A stretch of DNA of 64,000 bases from an uncultured Alphaproteobacteria bacterium (GTDB lineage Bacteria; Pseudomonadota; Alphaproteobacteria; HIMB59): assembly GCA_902526965.1 (NCBI GenBank), contig CABZMT010000004.1:7996-71995 (forward strand), in the 5' to 3' direction. Of the stretch, positions 18,687-28,028 are shown in pieces. A model generated the notes under the pieces. It saw only the letters and a list, made by a program, of their open reading frames with translations, was not told where the DNA came from and did not search any database. The translations under genes were made by a program, and so were the position numbers. Numbering within the stretch: position 1 is the first letter of the stretch; each line of letters starts with the position of its first letter.

Positions 18687-20093
18687 ATCGAACATAGAAC
18701 TTTATACTGGCTGAGAAGAGACTTTAGGATTACCGACAATCCATGTCTTGAATTTATTTCAAACCAAAAATCTGAAGCCCTTCTAGTATATATATATGAT
18801 GACATAGAAAAAAAAGCTACTGGAGATGCTGGGCACTGGTGGCTTAAAAAGACTCTTAGATTACATGCTAAAAAATTAGAGCAGACCTTCAATTTAAAGT
18901 TAATAATACTTAACGGAGAGGCAAAAAATAATATCTTTGATTTAGTTAAAAAATATAAAATTACATCTTTAATTTGGAATAGGCTTTATTCTCAACAATC
19001 GATTAGACGAGACACTGAAATTAAAAAATTTTTTAAAGATAGTAGTATCCAAGTAGACACTTTTAATTCACATTTATTAAATGAGCCTTGGGAAGTACAA
19101 AATAATTCAGGGCAATATTTTAAAGTCTTTACACCTTTTTGGAGAGCAGCTTATAAAGTTTATCTAAATAAGAAATTTAGTTATAAAAAAAAAATATTTA
19201 TAAAACCTTTAAGACATAATCAAAAAACTGATCTTAGTTTTTTTGATAACAAAAATTGGTACGAGAAGTTTGATAAGCACTGGAGTCCAGGAGAAGACGC
19301 AGCTTTAAAAAAAATTGATACTTATATATCATCCGTTATTGATAAATATGAGTTTAATAGAAATAGACCAGACTTAGATCAAACTTCGAGAATATCACCT
19401 CATTTAAGATTTGGAGAAATCTCTCCACGTGTAATAATAGAAAAAATCCGAGACTCAAAAAAAATGAATAATTCAATTAATACATATCTTTCAGAGATTG
19501 GTTGGAGAGAATTCTCTTATTCTTTATTGTATTACTCGGAAGATTTATCCAATAAACCCATAAATCCAAAATTTAAAAAATTTCCATGGAGAAACAGTAA
19601 AAAGGATTTTACTATTTGGATTAAGGGACAAACAGGTATTCCACTAGTCGACGCTGCGATGAAACAAATTTATGAAGAAGGATGGATGCACAATAGACTA
19701 AGAATGGTAGTAGGAAGCTTTTTAGTTAAAAATTTATTGTTAAATTGGACATTGGGTGAAAATTACTTTCATAAAAGTTTATTAGACTATGATGAGGCTA
19801 GTAATGCTGCTGGATGGCAATGGATTGCAGGTTGTGGGGCAGATGCATCACCATATTTTCGAGTCTTTAACCCAGTGCTTCAATCTGAAAAGTTTGATCC
19901 TCAAGCACATTTTATTCTCAAATATATTCCTCAATTAAAAATTTTTAATTCTACAAAGACAATCTTTGAGCCGTATTTAGACGAAAATTTGTTAAAAAAT
20001 TTAGTCAAAGATCAAAAATATTTTAACCCTATTGTGGATCTAAAAGACTCTCGAAACAGAGCTCTTGAGGCTTACCAACAAACCAAATCATAA
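18687..20093 (+). CDS. phrB: DNA photolyase (CPD type), full-length ~468 aa with a non-canonical ATC start; the ORF track shows only 19464-20093
   Basis: Uninterrupted frame from 18669: YWLRRDFRITDNP, FKVFTPFW, WSPGE, TSRISPHLRFGEISP, WREF, TGIPLVDAAM, MHNRLRM, WQWIAG. Confidence 0.88.
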   Translation: MEHRTLYWLRRDFRITDNPCLEFISNQKSEALLVYIYDDIEKKATGDAGHWWLKKTLRLHAKKLEQTFNLKLIILNGEAKNNIFDLVKKYKITSLIWNRLYSQQSIRRDTEIKKFFKDSSIQVDTFNSHLLNEPWEVQNNSGQYFKVFTPFWRAAYKVYLNKKFSYKKKIFIKPLRHNQKTDLSFFDNKNWYEKFDKHWSPGEDAALKKIDTYISSVIDKYEFNRNRPDLDQTSRISPHLRFGEISPRVIIEKIRDSKKMNNSINTYLSEIGWREFSYSLLYYSEDLSNKPINPKFKKFPWRNSKKDFTIWIKGQTGIPLVDAAMKQIYEEGWMHNRLRMVVGSFLVKNLLLNWTLGENYFHKSLLDYDEASNAAGWQWIAGCGADASPYFRVFNPVLQSEKFDPQAHFILKYIPQLKIFNSTKTIFEPYLDENLLKNLVKDQKYFNPIVDLKDSRNRALEAYQQTKS

Positions 20094-20094
20094 T

Positions 20095-21360
20095 TTGAAA
20101 CAAAAAGTAGCTATAATTGGATCGGGTATAGCAGGGCTATCATCAGCATATTTTTTACAAGATAAATTTGATGTCACACTTTTTGAAAAAAATAATTATT
20201 TAGGTGGTCACGCTAATACAAGAGAAGTTAAAGATAATTCTGGAAATACTATCCCTATAGATACAGGCTTTATTGTTTATAATGAGTTAACATATCCAAA
20301 TTTAACTAAATTTTTTGATTGTTTAAATGTCGAAACAGTAGATAGCAATATGTCCTTTAGTTTCTTTAATGAGGAGAACAATTTTGAATATGGAGGAGGG
20401 AGTTTAAGTGCATTGTTTGCAGACCATAAAAATTTTTATAATTTAAAATTTTATAAAATGCTTAAAGACATAATTATTTTCTATAAAACTTTTCAAAAGA
20501 AAAATATAGTTTCTGATATTTCTATTAGAAATTTTCTTAAAACAAAAAATTACTCTAATGAATTTATAAATTTTCATTTACTTCCTTTAATTTCAAGTAT
20601 TTGGTCAACTCCTGATCAGGACTCTCTTAACCAACCATTCAAAAGTATTATTAATTTTTTTCAAAATCATAAACTATTCAATTTTATTAATAGACCACAA
20701 TGGAAGACTATAAAAAATGGATCTAAACAATATATTAAATCTCTTATCAGATCTTCAAAATTTAGTATAAAAAAATCTTGTAGGATTCAAAAAATCTCAA
20801 GGACTAATAATATTGAAATTTTTTTTGAAGGAAAAAAATCTGTTTTTGATATGATAATTTTTGCTTGTCCCCCAAATCATTTTTTCCCTCTTTTAGATAA
20901 AATTCATCAAAAAGAGTATGAGATTTTGAAAGAATTTAATTTCCAAAAAAATTTAGCGCAACTACATCAAAATACCTCTTTAATGCCCAATCATTTAAAA
21001 GCTTGGTCAAGTTGGAATTTTCATACCAATATGAATAATAAATGCACACTTAGTTATTGGATGAATAAACTACAACCTCTTAATACAGGTGACGATTTTT
21101 TTGTTTCATTAAATCAGGAACAAAAAGACAACCATTATCAGACACTTTATGAACATCCAATATTTTCACAAAAAACTTTAAATGCTCAAAAAAATATTTC
21201 ACACATACAAGGTTATGAAAAATCATATTATGTCGGAAGTTATCTAGGTTATGGTTTTCACGAAGATGGTATTCAATCAGCTATAAAAGTTTGTAATAAG
21301 TTAGGTATCGATTTAAAGGGATTTAATAATGCTGATACATCGAGAGTACAGTGGAGTTAG
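20095..21360 (+). CDS. FAD-dependent oxidoreductase (COG2907, UfaD-like)
   Basis: GSGIAGL, GGHANT, DTGFIVYN..YPN, GFHEDG; TTG at 20095 preferred over 20065. Confidence 0.88.
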   Translation: MKQKVAIIGSGIAGLSSAYFLQDKFDVTLFEKNNYLGGHANTREVKDNSGNTIPIDTGFIVYNELTYPNLTKFFDCLNVETVDSNMSFSFFNEENNFEYGGGSLSALFADHKNFYNLKFYKMLKDIIIFYKTFQKKNIVSDISIRNFLKTKNYSNEFINFHLLPLISSIWSTPDQDSLNQPFKSIINFFQNHKLFNFINRPQWKTIKNGSKQYIKSLIRSSKFSIKKSCRIQKISRTNNIEIFFEGKKSVFDMIIFACPPNHFFPLLDKIHQKEYEILKEFNFQKNLAQLHQNTSLMPNHLKAWSSWNFHTNMNNKCTLSYWMNKLQPLNTGDDFFVSLNQEQKDNHYQTLYEHPIFSQKTLNAQKNISHIQGYEKSYYVGSYLGYGFHEDGIQSAIKVCNKLGIDLKGFNNADTSRVQWS

Positions 21361-22103
21361 TTTCTTCTCATAGTCTTGGAATAGGTAAAATTGTTCATAA
21401 AAGAACAAGAGATACTAAAAACTTTTTTCAATATAATGCACCTTACTTAAGTATAAATCTTAGCAATACGGCAAAGATACATCCTTTTATATCACTCAAT
21501 AAATTAAATTTTTTTTCTATATTTTACAAACAGCATGGATTTAGAGATAAAAAAAAGAATTTGCACGATTTTGCAAAAAATATTGCAGATAAGCACAACA
21601 TAATTTTTAATAATATTCAATTTATATGTATTCCCTCAATAATTGGCTATTCTTTTAATCCAATTAGTTTTTATTTATATCTTGATGATCAAAATAAAGT
21701 GAAATCAATTATTTATGAAGTTAAAAATACCTTTGGAGATCAAGTCCATTACTTAACTATAGATAAATTTAAAAATAAAGAGTTTAAAAAAAACATGTAT
21801 GTGTCACCTTTCATTGAGATGGATTGTGTGTATAAAATTTCATCAAAAAATAAATCTAAAAACCATTTTTTTTGTAGCATTAACCAATTTAACCTTAAAA
21901 AAGAGCAAATATTTTATGCATCAATTGATCTCAATTTAAAAGAAATAACGTATTTAAATTGTATTTTATTTTTTATTTTAAATATTTTTGGGAGTATAAA
22001 AACGATCACCTTAATTCACTATCAAGCTATAAAGCTTTTACTTAAAAAAAGTAAATTCTTTAATTATTCCAATAGAATTAAAGATAATTTATACTTAGAT
22101 TAG
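21351..22103 (+). CDS. DUF1365 family protein (UfaO-like)
   Basis: HKR, FNPISFY, EVKNTFG, YVSPF, IHYQA. Confidence 0.88.
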   Translation: MELVSSHSLGIGKIVHKRTRDTKNFFQYNAPYLSINLSNTAKIHPFISLNKLNFFSIFYKQHGFRDKKKNLHDFAKNIADKHNIIFNNIQFICIPSIIGYSFNPISFYLYLDDQNKVKSIIYEVKNTFGDQVHYLTIDKFKNKEFKKNMYVSPFIEMDCVYKISSKNKSKNHFFCSINQFNLKKEQIFYASIDLNLKEITYLNCILFFILNIFGSIKTITLIHYQAIKLLLKKSKFFNYSNRIKDNLYLD

Positions 22104-22119
22104 AAAAGATTATTGAAAA

Positions 22120-23289
22120 TTGTTTATTGATAAATATATACATAAAGTTTGTTCTAAAATAAGACATGGATCTTTGAGCTTAGACGTTAAGGGAAAACCA
22201 TATGAATTTCATGGTGATTTAGAGGGCCCAACAGTGCATTTAACGATTAAGCATCTTTCCATGATATGGGATTTATATTTTCGTGGATCAGTTGGATTAG
22301 GAGATGCTTATATAAAAAAGAAATTTGAAGCAGATGATTTAAGTAAATTTTTAGAATTTGGAGCTTTAAATGAAAAAGCTTTTGGTGGTGAAATGAGTGG
22401 ATCTAAATTTTATAGACTTTTATCTAAGAAATATATGAACAAAACAAAAAATTCTTTATTTCAAAGTAAAAAAAATATTCATGCCCATTATGACCTTGGT
22501 AACGATTTTTACTTGGAGTGGCTTGACGATACCTTAACATATTCCTCAGGTTTTTTTAAAACAGGATCTGAGACATTATCTGAGGCACAAAAAAATAAAT
22601 TTGAAAGTCTCATCAAAGGTAATGAACCCAAACCGGGTGATCATGTTTTAGAAATAGGATCTGGGTGGGGAAGTTTTGCTTTTTATCTTATTTCCAAGTA
22701 TCCAGACATAAAAATTGATACTTTAACTATTTCGAAAGAACAATACGAATTTGTGAAATCTAAAATTGAAGAATACCAGCTACAAGATAAGTTAAATGTC
22801 ATTTATAAAGATTACAGAGAGCATAGAGGGAAATATTCTAGAATATACTCCATCGAAATGTTTGAGGCGGTTGGAATTCAATATTGGCATACCTATTTTG
22901 AAAAAGTAAAAGATTTATTAAAACCATCAGGTGTTTTTTCAATGCAAACCATTGTAATTTTTGAGGATTTATTTGATAGATACACACAAAAAATTGATTT
23001 TATTCAAAAATATATATTTCCCGGTGGTATGTTGCCTTCAGTGAAAGCTCTTGAGAAAATAGCTACCCAAAAAAAATTTAATTTTCAAATAAAAAATCAA
23101 ATGGCCGATAGTTATTACCAAACACTTGAAATGTGGAGAAACAACTTTAACAACAAATGGGATAAAATAAAAAATTTAGGTTACTCTGAAGATTTCAAAA
23201 GAATGTGGAATTTTTATCTATCATACTGTTCAGGAGGTTTTAAGGCCAAAACAATTGACGTTTATCAAATAGATTTTACCAATAAGTGA
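22120..23289 (+). CDS. cfa: Cyclopropane-fatty-acyl-phospholipid synthase family methyltransferase
   Basis: HYDLGNDFY, YSS, LEIGSGWG, SIEMFEAVG, YIFPGG. Confidence 0.92.
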   Translation: MFIDKYIHKVCSKIRHGSLSLDVKGKPYEFHGDLEGPTVHLTIKHLSMIWDLYFRGSVGLGDAYIKKKFEADDLSKFLEFGALNEKAFGGEMSGSKFYRLLSKKYMNKTKNSLFQSKKNIHAHYDLGNDFYLEWLDDTLTYSSGFFKTGSETLSEAQKNKFESLIKGNEPKPGDHVLEIGSGWGSFAFYLISKYPDIKIDTLTISKEQYEFVKSKIEEYQLQDKLNVIYKDYREHRGKYSRIYSIEMFEAVGIQYWHTYFEKVKDLLKPSGVFSMQTIVIFEDLFDRYTQKIDFIQKYIFPGGMLPSVKALEKIATQKKFNFQIKNQMADSYYQTLEMWRNNFNNKWDKIKNLGYSEDFKRMWNFYLSYCSGGFKAKTIDVYQIDFTNK

Positions 23290-23340
23290 AATAATTGTGA
23301 CTAACATCTACTTTTATAAAAGAGCGTATTGATTGTGTGT

Positions 23341-23862
23341 ATGAGAAATGTATTAATAGCGAGTATTTTATTAATATTTCTTGGTGGATGTAATAATATG
23401 AAACTTGAAGATTTTGCAGATAAGAAACCCACACTCAAAATAGAAGAATACTTTTTAGGTAAAACTTCAGCCAGTGGCCTTTTCATTGATAGGCTAGGAA
23501 AAGTAAGACGACAATTTACCGTTGAAATGGAGGGCATTCAACAAGATGGCAGCTTCATTCTTAATGAGACTTTTCTTTATGATGATGGTGAAGAAGAATT
23601 TAGAAGATGGGAAATTAAAAAAACTGGTGAAAAAACCTATGAGGGTACCTCTGAAGATATTAAAGGTATAGCTCTAGGTGAGAGATCCGGTAATGCATTA
23701 AACTGGCACTATACTTTAAAGCTAAAGTATGGGGATGGTTTAATGAACGTTAAGTTTGACGATTGGATGATCATGCAAGATGAAAAAAATGTTTTCAATA
23801 AAGCTACAATGAAAAAATTTGGGATCAGGTTGGGAGACGTTTATTTATTTTTCACTAAGTAG
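23341..23862 (+). CDS. DUF3833 family lipoprotein
   Basis: Lipobox LGGC, EEYF.G, RQFTV, FDDWM. Confidence 0.85.
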   Translation: MRNVLIASILLIFLGGCNNMKLEDFADKKPTLKIEEYFLGKTSASGLFIDRLGKVRRQFTVEMEGIQQDGSFILNETFLYDDGEEEFRRWEIKKTGEKTYEGTSEDIKGIALGERSGNALNWHYTLKLKYGDGLMNVKFDDWMIMQDEKNVFNKATMKKFGIRLGDVYLFFTK

Positions 23863-24439
23863 TAGTAGACTTTAATTTTTCAGCCTTTTCTTTTGCTTTT
23901 CTCTCACGCTCAGCTTTGCGCTGACCTTTCTCAACAAACTCTTCAAGATCTTCGTACCTACATAGCCCAAGATCAGTAGGGTTTCTGAATTCTGTAATTG
24001 GTTGAGATTGGTTACCAGCTCTTATATTAGCAACTGTGGGTTTAGTGGAGCTTGTAAGTTTAGCAATTTGGGTATCAGTTAATATTTGACCATACTCTCG
24101 AATTAGCCAAGCAATAGCCTTAGGTCTTTCTTGTCTAACTGATAATGGAAGATATTTTTTTGTTTTGACACTAAATTGAATTGATTCAGACTTTTTATTT
24201 TGTAATTGCAGCTCTTGTAAGTGATCGACCTCACATCGTTTGATCTCATCCATCGTAAGTTGACCACTTGCGATAGGATTTAATCCTTGCATACGGTATG
24301 CATCTTCACCATCAGCAATGCTCTGTACTTCTAGTTCGTGCAGCTGACAAAATTTAGATATTTGAGGAAAACTTAAAGCTGTGTTGTCAACCAACCAAAC
24401 GGCTGTTGCAAGGGGCATTAAAGGTTTATTGTCAGACAT
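23855..24439 (-). CDS. trcR: DUF1013 family transcriptional regulator TrcR
   Basis: PLMPLATAVWLVDNTALSF.QI..FC.LH.LEV..IADG. Confidence 0.9.
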   Translation of the reverse strand: MSDNKPLMPLATAVWLVDNTALSFPQISKFCQLHELEVQSIADGEDAYRMQGLNPIASGQLTMDEIKRCEVDHLQELQLQNKKSESIQFSVKTKKYLPLSVRQERPKAIAWLIREYGQILTDTQIAKLTSSTKPTVANIRAGNQSQPITEFRNPTDLGLCRYEDLEEFVEKGQRKAERERKAKEKAEKLKSTTT

Positions 24440-24452
24440 AATTTTTTAAGTT

Positions 24453-24674
24453 TTAAATATTAAATGACTTATATTTATTTTTAAAACGTGCAACTCTTCC
24501 ACCAGAGTCTACCATTTTACCAGATCCTTGACTCCATGCTGGGTGAGATAGAGGATCAATTTCAAGCTTCATAGTATCGCCAGCTTTCCCCCAAGTGGAT
24601 CTGGTCTTATATGTGGATCCATCAGTGCGCTCCACTGTAATCTCATGATAATCTGGATGTATTTTTTGTTTCAT
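24453..24674 (-). CDS. rpmE: 50S ribosomal protein L31
   Basis: [20 protein letters not shown]. Confidence 0.96.
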   Translation of the reverse strand: MKQKIHPDYHEITVERTDGSTYKTRSTWGKAGDTMKLEIDPLSHPAWSQGSGKMVDSGGRVARFKNKYKSFNI

Positions 24675-24720
24675 GGTTATCAGAAAATAGAGACCAAAGA
24701 TTAAAAAATCAAGTAAATAT

Positions 24721-25515
24721 TTATAGATTTTTCAGTAATTCGCTACTAATAGCAGCACTTGAGGCTATTAAACTCTCATCTTTTAAAGGGTCAAAATCAT
24801 TTCCTTTTTCATTAAGGCATATCCCACCGGCCTCTTTTACTAAAATAATGCCTGCTGCAATATCCCAGAGATTTAGTCTTAATGACCAAAAACCATCAAA
24901 TTTTCCTGATGCGACATTAGCTAAATCTAGTGCTGATGATCCTAGTAATCTGACACTTGTTTTTCTTTGAAGGGCTCCTATTTGTGCAATTCCTTTTTCG
25001 AGAATGTCTTTGTGCTTAACTTGAACACCAGATGTAAACATACACCCATCTAACTTATCTCTTTGAGAAACTCTAAGTCTTTGATTATTAATCCAAGATC
25101 CAGAACCCATATGAGCCCAAAATAGTTCGTTTAAAATTGGGTTGTATGTAACACCAGCAATAATTTTTCCTTTTTGCATTAAGCCAATAGTCACTGCAAA
25201 ATATCCATTGCCGTGTATAAAATTTTTTGTACCGTCAAGTGGGTCTATGATAAATACTGGAGTATCACCATTAAGTTTTTCTAAATCCTCAGAACTGAAA
25301 GTCTCTTCATCTATTTGAAGAAAATCAGGTCTATCTTTCCCCAAATTATAACCAATTGTTTCAGAAGCCCTTATATCTGCTGAGGATACAAAGTCGTTCT
25401 TATCTTTTTTAGAAATTTGAAGTTTTTCAAGTTCACCAAAATCTCTAATCAAAGACTTGGCAGCACTTCTGCATGCTTTTTCCATTACAACAATTACTGG
25501 AGGGATAATAGACAT
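24721..25515 (-). CDS. suhB: Inositol monophosphatase family protein SuhB
   Basis: [23 protein letters not shown]. Confidence 0.92.
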   Translation of the reverse strand: MSIIPPVIVVMEKACRSAAKSLIRDFGELEKLQISKKDKNDFVSSADIRASETIGYNLGKDRPDFLQIDEETFSSEDLEKLNGDTPVFIIDPLDGTKNFIHGNGYFAVTIGLMQKGKIIAGVTYNPILNELFWAHMGSGSWINNQRLRVSQRDKLDGCMFTSGVQVKHKDILEKGIAQIGALQRKTSVRLLGSSALDLANVASGKFDGFWSLRLNLWDIAAGIILVKEAGGICLNEKGNDFDPLKDESLIASSAAISSELLKNL

Positions 25516-25522
25516 AGAAAAT

Positions 25523-26089
25523 TTATTTTGCTTTTTCTATATAAGTTAATTCACTTGTATTTATTTTAACTTTATCACCAATTTCGATGTGGGGAGGAAC
25601 AGTAACTCTAACACCGTTAGTTAGCAAAGCAGGTTTATAAGAAGAAGATGCAGTTTGTCCTTTAACAACAGCTTCTGTTTCGGCAATTTGCACCACAAGA
25701 CTTTCAGGGGGGTTAACATTCATTGGTTTTTCATCATAAAACTCAATAGAGACTTCCATTCCATCTTCAAGGAATTTAGCTGTGTTTTCATTAACTTGAT
25801 TAATATTCATAATTATCTGTTCGTAAGTCTGGTTGTTCATAAATGTAAAATCCTCTCCACTGCGAAATAAAAATTGGTGATTTATCTCTTCAGCTCGAAT
25901 TTTTTCTAGAGACTCTGAACTTCTAAATCTTTCATTTAATTTTGACTGATTTGAAATATTTTTAAGTTCTGCCTGAATATAAGCACCACCTTTACCAGGT
26001 TGTGTATGGGAGAGTTTAGCAACCTTCCACATAGAGTTATTATGCTGGATTATATTTCCAATCTTTAAATCGTTAGCATTGATTTTCAT
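25523..26089 (-). CDS. efp: Elongation factor P
   Basis: PGKGGA, KGQTASSSYKPA, VPP. Confidence 0.96.
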   Translation of the reverse strand: MKINANDLKIGNIIQHNNSMWKVAKLSHTQPGKGGAYIQAELKNISNQSKLNERFRSSESLEKIRAEEINHQFLFRSGEDFTFMNNQTYEQIIMNINQVNENTAKFLEDGMEVSIEFYDEKPMNVNPPESLVVQIAETEAVVKGQTASSSYKPALLTNGVRVTVPPHIEIGDKVKINTSELTYIEKAK

Positions 26090-27003
26090 TTAGATTTATA
26101 GATAAGTATCATTCGCTCTAATAAAGCTAATGCATCAGCTCTAGATCTTTGAAAACAATTTCTTCCAATAATGGATCCATTACCGTCTCCTTGATGAATT
26201 GCGAGAACTTCATCCATTAAAGCTTTATCATCTTTTGCATCTCCACCGGAAAAAACAACTAAGCGCTTTCCATTAAAAGCAACTTTTTTAATGTGGGCTA
26301 TACGATCTTTTAAAGTGTTTATATTTATATTATTATCTTCAAATGCTTTTTTAGTTGGATCATCCTCTAAAAATTCACTTGGCAGCTTAACTTTAATTAT
26401 ATTAGCTCCCAACAAAGCAGAAATGTGTGCAGCATATGAAATTATATTCATTGCAGTCTCACCTTTTTTAGATATGTTTGAACCTCTGGCATAGGCCCAT
26501 AATACTACTGCAAGACCTTTTTCTTTAGCCTCAAAACTTAGTTTTTTAAACTCTTCCATCAAATCAAAATTATGTTCAGATCCTGGATATATAGTAAAAC
26601 CTATCGCTGCACATCCTAGTTTTAATGCATCATCTACACTCCCAGTAACAGCTTGATCTAGAGATGTTGCTAGTGTATTTGAACTATTAATTTTTAAAAT
26701 TGTTGGAATTTGACCATGAAAGTTTCCAGAACTTGTTTGAAGTAACCCAAGAGGTGCTGCATAAGCTGACAAACCAGCATCTATTGCAAGTTGATGATGA
26801 TAGTTTGGATCGTATGCAGGAGGATTGACGGCAAAACTTCTATCTGGGCCATGTTCAAAGCCTTGATCGACTGGTAAAATGATCATTCTCCCGGTTCCTC
26901 CAAGCTTTCCTTGTCCCAAAATTTTCATAAGATTTGATCTAACACCTACATTTTCATGGGTGTAGTTTGAAATGATTTTTTTGGTAGTATTTGTAACTTT
27001 CAT
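26086..27003 (-). CDS. fbaB: Class I fructose-bisphosphate aldolase (DhnA type)
   Basis: LPVDQGFEHGP, IIKVK, VFSGG, IIGRN. Confidence 0.93.
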   Translation of the reverse strand: MKVTNTTKKIISNYTHENVGVRSNLMKILGQGKLGGTGRMIILPVDQGFEHGPDRSFAVNPPAYDPNYHHQLAIDAGLSAYAAPLGLLQTSSGNFHGQIPTILKINSSNTLATSLDQAVTGSVDDALKLGCAAIGFTIYPGSEHNFDLMEEFKKLSFEAKEKGLAVVLWAYARGSNISKKGETAMNIISYAAHISALLGANIIKVKLPSEFLEDDPTKKAFEDNNININTLKDRIAHIKKVAFNGKRLVVFSGGDAKDDKALMDEVLAIHQGDGNGSIIGRNCFQRSRADALALLERMILIYKSK

Positions 27004-27011
27004 AATTGCTC

Positions 27012-28028
27012 CTATAAATTACATACTTGAGCGGTTGTCTCAAGCATTCTATTTGAAAATCCCCATTCATTGTCATACCAAGTGAGAATTCTTCCAAAAT
27101 TGTCAGATACTGTAGTCGTTTCACTCAAATCTAAAATTGAACTTCTAGAGTCATGATTATAATCACTTGATACTTTCGGATCTTTATCAACTCCTAAAAT
27201 ATTTTTAAGAGAATTATTGGCATATTTTTGAAATTTATTATTCAAAGACTCAATTGAGATATTTTTTTTTGTATTAAATTTAAAATCTACAAGAGAAACA
27301 TTGGGTGTTGGAACTCTTATTGCGGTTCCATCTAATTTTCCTTTTAAATGAGGAAGCACAAGGCCAACAGCTTTTGCTGCACCTGTGCTCGTAGGAATAA
27401 TATTGTTAGCTGCTGCTCTAGCACGTCTAAGATCTTTGTGAAATGTATCAACTGTATTTTGATCTCCAGTATAAGAGTGAATTGTTGTCATGTATCCATT
27501 TTCAATTCCAAACTCCTGATCTATTACGAAAGCCACAGGTGCCAAACAATTAGTTGTACACGAAGCATTTGATATAACTTGGTGATCTATATTAATATTT
27601 TTGTTATTTACACCTTGAACAACTGTTATATCTGCACCTGAACACGGGGCTGAAACGATGACCTTACTAGCACCACTTTCGACATGTGACATAGCCTTAT
27701 CTTTAGATGCGAAAACTCCTGTGCACTCTAAAATAATATCTACATTCTTTTCACTCCACTTTAAATCAATTGGGTTTCGCTCAGAAGTGACAGTTACTTT
27801 GTTTTCATCTATTGAAAACTGCTCGTTTGAAATTTTATTAATCTTTTTAGAGAGAAGTCCATGAATACTGTCATATTTAAGTAAGTGAATATTTGTATCA
27901 ATATCAGCTAAATCATTAATATAAGCTATTTCGTATTGATCACTGAATTCTTTTGACCTTTCTAAAAACGCTCGATAAACAAGTCTACCAATTCTACCAA
28001 ACCCATTAATTGCTACTTTTTTTTTCAT
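27012..28028 (-). CDS. gap: Glyceraldehyde-3-phosphate dehydrogenase
   Basis: INGFGRIGR, ASCTTNCLAP, WYDNE. Confidence 0.97.
   Translation of the reverse strand: MKKKVAINGFGRIGRLVYRAFLERSKEFSDQYEIAYINDLADIDTNIHLLKYDSIHGLLSKKINKISNEQFSIDENKVTVTSERNPIDLKWSEKNVDIILECTGVFASKDKAMSHVESGASKVIVSAPCSGADITVVQGVNNKNINIDHQVISNASCTTNCLAPVAFVIDQEFGIENGYMTTIHSYTGDQNTVDTFHKDLRRARAAANNIIPTSTGAAKAVGLVLPHLKGKLDGTAIRVPTPNVSLVDFKFNTKKNISIESLNNKFQKYANNSLKNILGVDKDPKVSSDYNHDSRSSILDLSETTTVSDNFGRILTWYDNEWGFSNRMLETTAQVCNL

Noticed and set aside
19464-20093. 209-aa photolyase fragment read as a truncated gene or frameshifted pseudogene
   Set aside because: The frame is continuous back to 18669 with all N-terminal motifs; only the start codon is anomalous
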